Assembly: GCA_963845565.1 (NCBI GenBank)
Contig: CAWJSJ010000005.1
Location: 448,001-512,000 of the forward strand
Direction of reading: 5' to 3'
DNA length: 64,000 nucleotides
Source: an uncultured Methylomirabilota bacterium
GTDB lineage: Bacteria; Methylomirabilota; Methylomirabilia; Methylomirabilales; 2-02-FULL-66-22
A program made the position numbers and the translations under genes. Position 1 is the first letter of the stretch; each line of letters begins with the position of its first letter. This document shows, piece after piece, positions 59,871 to 64,000 of this stretch. Under the pieces are notes generated by a model. It made no database searches. It was not told where the DNA came from and saw nothing but the letters and a program-made list of their open reading frames with translations.

Positions 59871-61927
59871 GATCCTGACGTTCTTGGAGGAGCGGAATGC
59901 TCCTGAGACGCGCCGGTGTGCTCCCGTCCCAGCCGGCGGATCTGCTCGGCGGCCTCTCGGACGGCCGCAGGGTTCGGTGCCGTCCGGAGCACCACGTGCC
60001 AGAGGCGAAGGCTCTCGGGCCGGTCGCCCCGCTCTGCCGCCAGCATGGCCAGGGCCCGGAAGGGTTGGGCCCGATCCGGCCGGATCTCCGCGGATCGAAG
60101 GAAGTGTTGCGTGGCCTCGCCGCCGCGCCCCGACTGGGCCAGCAGGGAGCCGAGAGCCTCCTCTGCTTCGTACAGGTCGGGGCGAAACTCCAGGACCCGG
60201 CGGTACCGTTCCATGGCCTCGGCTGGTCGTCCGGCCCGATCCAGGGCGCGCCCCAACCACAGGCCCAGATCCGCATCCTCCGGGAATCGGCCGATTCCCT
60301 CTTCACCGATGGCAACCGCCTCGCGAGGCTCGCCGATGACAAGATGGGCCATCAGCCGGGAGACGGAGTAGTCCCGGTCCCGCGCCCCCTCGGACGCCAG
60401 GCCGTCGAAGAGTTGAAAGCCGTCACGCGCTCTCCCCTGGAGGACATAGACCAGCGCGAGAATAGTGCGCGGTCGGCGGAGCGTCGGGTTCAGGCGGACC
60501 GCTTGCTCCAATGCAGCGGTGGCCCGCGGCAAATCGTTTGCCCGAAAGTACGTGAGACCGAGATTGAGATAGGGAATGGGTGCGCGCGGGGCGACCTCCG
60601 TCATGCGCGTAAACAGGGTCAGGTCGTTCCGCCACACCGGCGCATAGCGGTACGATTGCCACGAGTAGGCGATCAGCAGGAGTGCCAAACCTCCCCAGGC
60701 GATAGGCCTCCGGAAAGGCCACCGCCGGCCGTCCGTCGGCCCCAGCAGCACGGCGAACCCCAGCGCCAACAGGAGCGCCACCCCGACGGACGGCAGATAG
60801 AGGTAGCGATCGGCCAGCCCCATCTCGCGCGGCGAGAGTGGCACCAGATCCACCACGGGGCTGATCGTAACCAGGAACCACGCCGTTCCGAAGGCCACCC
60901 GCGGGGCCCGCCGCCACGACCAGATCAGGAGGGCGACGAGCCCCCCCCCGAGAAGCAGCCCGAGAGCCGGCCACAGGCTCAGAAACGACTCCGGCCGTTT
61001 CAAGGAGTAGAAGGGCTGCATGTGGGTCGGGACGAGGCTCAAGATGACGTAGCGGGCCAGGAGTTCGAACGACCCGGGCAGGCGCTGCCAGAGGCCGCCC
61101 CCCTGAAGGCGGTCCCCGGCGATGTTCAGCAGCTGCGGAAAGCGAAAGGCCGCGAAGGCCGCGGTGACGATCCAAAACGGGACCGAGCGCATCAGTGCTC
61201 GGCGCAAGGTGGTCCGCTCCGCGGGCTGGTCGGAGGCGGGGGAGTGCAGCAGGTCGCTCAGCACGAGCAGGGCGGGCACAGTGACCGCGGCCTCTTTGGA
61301 AAACAGGGCGAACGCCTGCATCGCCAAGGCGGCTCCGCCCCACGCGATTCGTCCTCGCCCCGGCGCGTCGGATCGCCGGTAGGCGAGCAGGCATCCCAAG
61401 ACCCCGATGCTGAGCAGCAGGTCGACGCGTGCGGCCACGAAGGCGGCGACCTCGACGTGCACGGGGTGCACGGCGAACAGGAGAGTTGCCAGGAGGGCGA
61501 TGTCGCGCCGCGCGCCCATTGCCAGGACGAGTCGATTCACGAGGAAGGTCACCGCGACGTGCAGCAGGAGGTTGGTAAGATGGGACATGGCGGGATGCGG
61601 ACCCCAGAGCGTCGCGTCCAGCGCCAGGCTCAGAGCCAGGGTGGCGCGACAGTAGGGACCCTCGATCACCCCCGACGTGAGCGAGGCCAAGTCGGATTGA
61701 AAGAACTGCAGAAAATTCCGCAGATCGCGGAGCGTCGGGCTCTGCACCAGGGCGACATCGTCCCAAACGAACTGATAGCCCAGACTCCCCAGGTAGGTCA
61801 CCGCAGCGAGGAGGAGCACGAGGACCACTGTCCACGCCCGGACCTGAATCGTCTCGGCTTGGGTCGCGTCGCCCGGAGCCGGGTCGGTGTCCGCGTGCAC
61901 GGGTCGTGATACCGCTGCCGTTGTCAT
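59867..61927 (-). CDS. TMTC-like GT-C membrane protein with C-terminal TPRs
   Basis: FVWDD, HLTNLLLH, LFAVHPVHVEVAAFVAARVDLL, SKE, ADRYLYLPS and WRNDLTLF motifs, followed by a TPR array. Confidence 0.87.
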   Translation of the reverse strand: MTTAAVSRPVHADTDPAPGDATQAETIQVRAWTVVLVLLLAAVTYLGSLGYQFVWDDVALVQSPTLRDLRNFLQFFQSDLASLTSGVIEGPYCRATLALSLALDATLWGPHPAMSHLTNLLLHVAVTFLVNRLVLAMGARRDIALLATLLFAVHPVHVEVAAFVAARVDLLLSIGVLGCLLAYRRSDAPGRGRIAWGGAALAMQAFALFSKEAAVTVPALLVLSDLLHSPASDQPAERTTLRRALMRSVPFWIVTAAFAAFRFPQLLNIAGDRLQGGGLWQRLPGSFELLARYVILSLVPTHMQPFYSLKRPESFLSLWPALGLLLGGGLVALLIWSWRRAPRVAFGTAWFLVTISPVVDLVPLSPREMGLADRYLYLPSVGVALLLALGFAVLLGPTDGRRWPFRRPIAWGGLALLLIAYSWQSYRYAPVWRNDLTLFTRMTEVAPRAPIPYLNLGLTYFRANDLPRATAALEQAVRLNPTLRRPRTILALVYVLQGRARDGFQLFDGLASEGARDRDYSVSRLMAHLVIGEPREAVAIGEEGIGRFPEDADLGLWLGRALDRAGRPAEAMERYRRVLEFRPDLYEAEEALGSLLAQSGRGGEATQHFLRSAEIRPDRAQPFRALAMLAAERGDRPESLRLWHVVLRTAPNPAAVREAAEQIRRLGREHTGASQEHSAPPRTSGS

Positions 61928-63294
61928 TCCGACTCCCTATCGGGCTCTTCGGCGCCGAGCCCGGGCGTCGGTGACCTGCGCTTTCGCGCTCGGAAAATCA
62001 TCTCGCAGAAGCCCACGTATCGCAGGTCCTCGATGGTGCAGCCCGACTCGGTCAAGCGCTGGGCCAGGGTGGCGCGGGTGTAATGGGTGATGTGCTCGTG
62101 GGCGTAGGCGCCGGGCAGGATCTTGCCATAGGCCCACTCCAGGATCCACCAGAGGCGCCGACCGTAATCGGGGGTCCCGAGGATGAGGGTTCCACCCGGG
62201 CGGAGCACCCGCGTCAGTTCGTGGAAGACCTGCGGCGTGGCCGCAATATGCTCAATCACCTCGGAACAGATCACGACGTCAAACCGCTCCGCAGGAAAGG
62301 GGAGAGCGAAGACCGTCCCCTGCACCAATCGACGATGGTGGTCGCGCAGGAAGCGCAACTTCGGCAACAGGACATCTAGCCCGATGGCGTCGGGCAGATC
62401 CTGGATGATCCGGCTGGACCCGCACCCGATGTCCAGGATCCGGGCCGGGCGCGACTGGTCGGCCGCCCGCACGAAGCCCAGGGTGATGCGATGGCGCGCC
62501 CGCTGCCAGTACCGCTGGAGCGGGATGGGGCTGTCGAAGGCTCGATGGTCATAGTCGGCCGCTGCCACGGAGTTGCGGAGCCGCCACATCCGGAGCAGCG
62601 TGGTGAGGTACGCCCACCCAAACGCGACGATCCGCCGGAAGGATCGGCCGGCACCCCGCGCGGTGTAACGGAACGGGACTTCCCGGATCCGCCAGCCTTG
62701 GGCATGCACGCGGAGCAGGATCTCCTGTAAGATGTCAAAGTCTCGCGCGGTCACGGTGAGGTTGTCCAGAACGGCTCGCCGGTACAGGCGAAACCCACTG
62801 GAAAGGTCGCGGAGCTCCAGGGAGAGGACGCGGGCGTAGGTCCGGTTGAGGATATGGCTCAGCAGGCGGCGGACGGCTCCCATGTCGGCCCGCCCCCCGG
62901 CCACGTACCGGGACGCGATCAGCAATTCCGCGGCGTCCCGGTGCCGCCAGAACTCCTCGATGAACACCGGCCGATGCGAGCAGTCGGGGTCCATAGTGAT
63001 AATCCACGGAGCTGAGGTGGCTGCAAACCCCGCCAGGAGCGCCCCGCCGTAGTCTGGCCCTTCTTGCTGGATGACGCGCGCCCCGCGATGTGACGCCGCC
63101 TCGGCGGTTCCGTCCCAAGAGCCCCCGTCCACCACGACGAGTTCCCACGGGACGCCCAGCCCGTCCAGGGTCTCCCGCAGGGCGGGCAGGAGCAGTTCTA
63201 GGTTTTCCCGTTCGTTCCGCGCGGGGATGACCACGGCCACGTCGGGGGAGCGGGTGGCGGAATCTTCAGAAGCGCCGGGGCGGTCTTGGCTCAT
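61924..63294 (-). CDS. DPM1-like GT2 polyprenol-phosphate glycosyltransferase fused to a class I SAM methyltransferase
   Basis: VVIPARNE, VDGGSWDGT, MDPD..H, ASRY and DLSSGFRLY; then ILDIGCG, FDVVICSEVIEH and RVLRPGG. Confidence 0.88.
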   Translation of the reverse strand: MSQDRPGASEDSATRSPDVAVVIPARNERENLELLLPALRETLDGLGVPWELVVVDGGSWDGTAEAASHRGARVIQQEGPDYGGALLAGFAATSAPWIITMDPDCSHRPVFIEEFWRHRDAAELLIASRYVAGGRADMGAVRRLLSHILNRTYARVLSLELRDLSSGFRLYRRAVLDNLTVTARDFDILQEILLRVHAQGWRIREVPFRYTARGAGRSFRRIVAFGWAYLTTLLRMWRLRNSVAAADYDHRAFDSPIPLQRYWQRARHRITLGFVRAADQSRPARILDIGCGSSRIIQDLPDAIGLDVLLPKLRFLRDHHRRLVQGTVFALPFPAERFDVVICSEVIEHIAATPQVFHELTRVLRPGGTLILGTPDYGRRLWWILEWAYGKILPGAYAHEHITHYTRATLAQRLTESGCTIEDLRYVGFCEMIFRARKRRSPTPGLGAEEPDRESE

Positions 63295-63380
63295 CGCATC
63301 TCACTTGCGGAGGTCTTGAATGCCGATGGGGACCGGTACTCAAGACGGAGTGGCGGCGGTTGCCCCGGTGCGGTTCTCAT
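63291..63380 (-). CDS. 29-aa micro-ORF coupled by ATGA overlaps at both ends
   Basis: MRTAPGQPPPLRLEYRSPSAFKTSASEMR; its start overlaps the stop at 63377 and its stop overlaps the GT2 start. Confidence 0.35.
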   Translation of the reverse strand: MRTAPGQPPPLRLEYRSPSAFKTSASEMR

Positions 63381-64000
63381 TGGTGAGGACTTGGACGTTG
63401 TCCCCGTCTCATTTCCCCCAGGAGCTTCGCGATCTCGCGCTGGGCAATCTCCCGGATCGCGTCGTTCTCGGAGCGCTCGTACATTTGCCGCCAGAGTTCC
63501 AAGGCGGTGTCGAGATGGCCGACCTTGGCCTGGAGCCGGATCAAAAACCGGGGGATGTAATGCGGGCGCCCGGGGAGGCGGTCCGTGATTTCCCACCAGT
63601 GCAACGCTTGCTGGTAATCCTGGAGTTCCAAAAAGTACAACCGCCCCAGATCGTGTGGAAGTTGCCAGGCCAAGGGATTGGCGGCGATCCCCTTCCGGTA
63701 GATCGCGATGGCGTTGGGAAACTGTCTGGCGATGGTGAGGAACAGTCCGCCGTACTGGTAGGCATCCAAGAAATGGGGGTCGAGCGAGGTCGTCATGTCC
63801 ACCAACTGATAGAGTTGGGGGAACCGCTCCTTCCCCTCGATCCGGGAGCCGAAGTACTGGACGGTTCGAATCCAGGTCAGGTCGGCCGCTAGGCCCGTGA
63901 ACCCCAGGAGCGCCGGCCGCAGGATCTCGGCGCGCGGGAAGAAGATCGGCTGGGGCGTTTCTGCCCGCGCCACCGCGCGCGCCTCGATCCCTCGGGAGGT
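63377..64000 (-). CDS. XapA-like TPR protein of type IV pilin loci; 5' end lies outside the window
   Basis: The frame is open to the window edge; ADLTWIRTVQYFG, LDPHFLDAY..G and KGIAANP..WQLP..LG..YF motifs. The family call is from motif recognition. Confidence 0.65.
   Translation of the reverse strand, partial: TSRGIEARAVARAETPQPIFFPRAEILRPALLGFTGLAADLTWIRTVQYFGSRIEGKERFPQLYQLVDMTTSLDPHFLDAYQYGGLFLTIARQFPNAIAIYRKGIAANPLAWQLPHDLGRLYFLELQDYQQALHWWEITDRLPGRPHYIPRFLIRLQAKVGHLDTALELWRQMYERSENDAIREIAQREIAKLLGEMRRGQRPSPHQ

Noticed and set aside
150..61909. Many long alternative-frame or antisense ORFs (e.g. 150-1376 +, 2249-4183 +, 7795-9756 -, 40465-43395 -, 59897-61909 +)
   Set aside because: They are shadows of recognisable genes in high-GC DNA, with Arg/Gly/Pro-rich translations and no family motifs.

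Overview
High-GC bacterial chromosomal window. The gene content, transporter density and repeat types suggest Methylomirabilota/Rokubacteria, but that is an inference. No rRNA, tRNA, CRISPR array, transposase or phage genes were seen. In order, the window holds: a multi-POTRA Omp85 gene (truncated) and tamB; tkt-rpiA; a DctPQM TRAP system; dedA; a zinc-ribbon hypothetical; nadX-creatininase-DinB; a hydratase; a REC-Zn ribbon-REC regulator; a 16-heme ImcH-like membrane cytochrome; EAL-HDOD; MFS and ROK; a TAXI-TRAP system; an ADH-tctCBA-ThDP enzyme-tenA operon; SDR; an orphan UxaA-family large subunit; a Tat-exported MBL hydrolase; a sugar ABC system with a fused double permease and a BNR hydrolase; EamA; truD; a GntR-amino acid ABC-triple class III aminotransferase operon; and a pilus-associated glycosylation locus. 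That locus has three GT-C-like membrane enzymes including a TMTC-like protein, a DPM1-like GT2 fused to a methyltransferase, pilD and a XapA-like TPR gene. The most notable observations are this glycosylation locus with its unbroken ATGA coupling chain bridged by two unannotated micro-ORFs, the 16-heme cytochrome, and two MITE-like families plus three tandem-unit repeat types in intergenic space.
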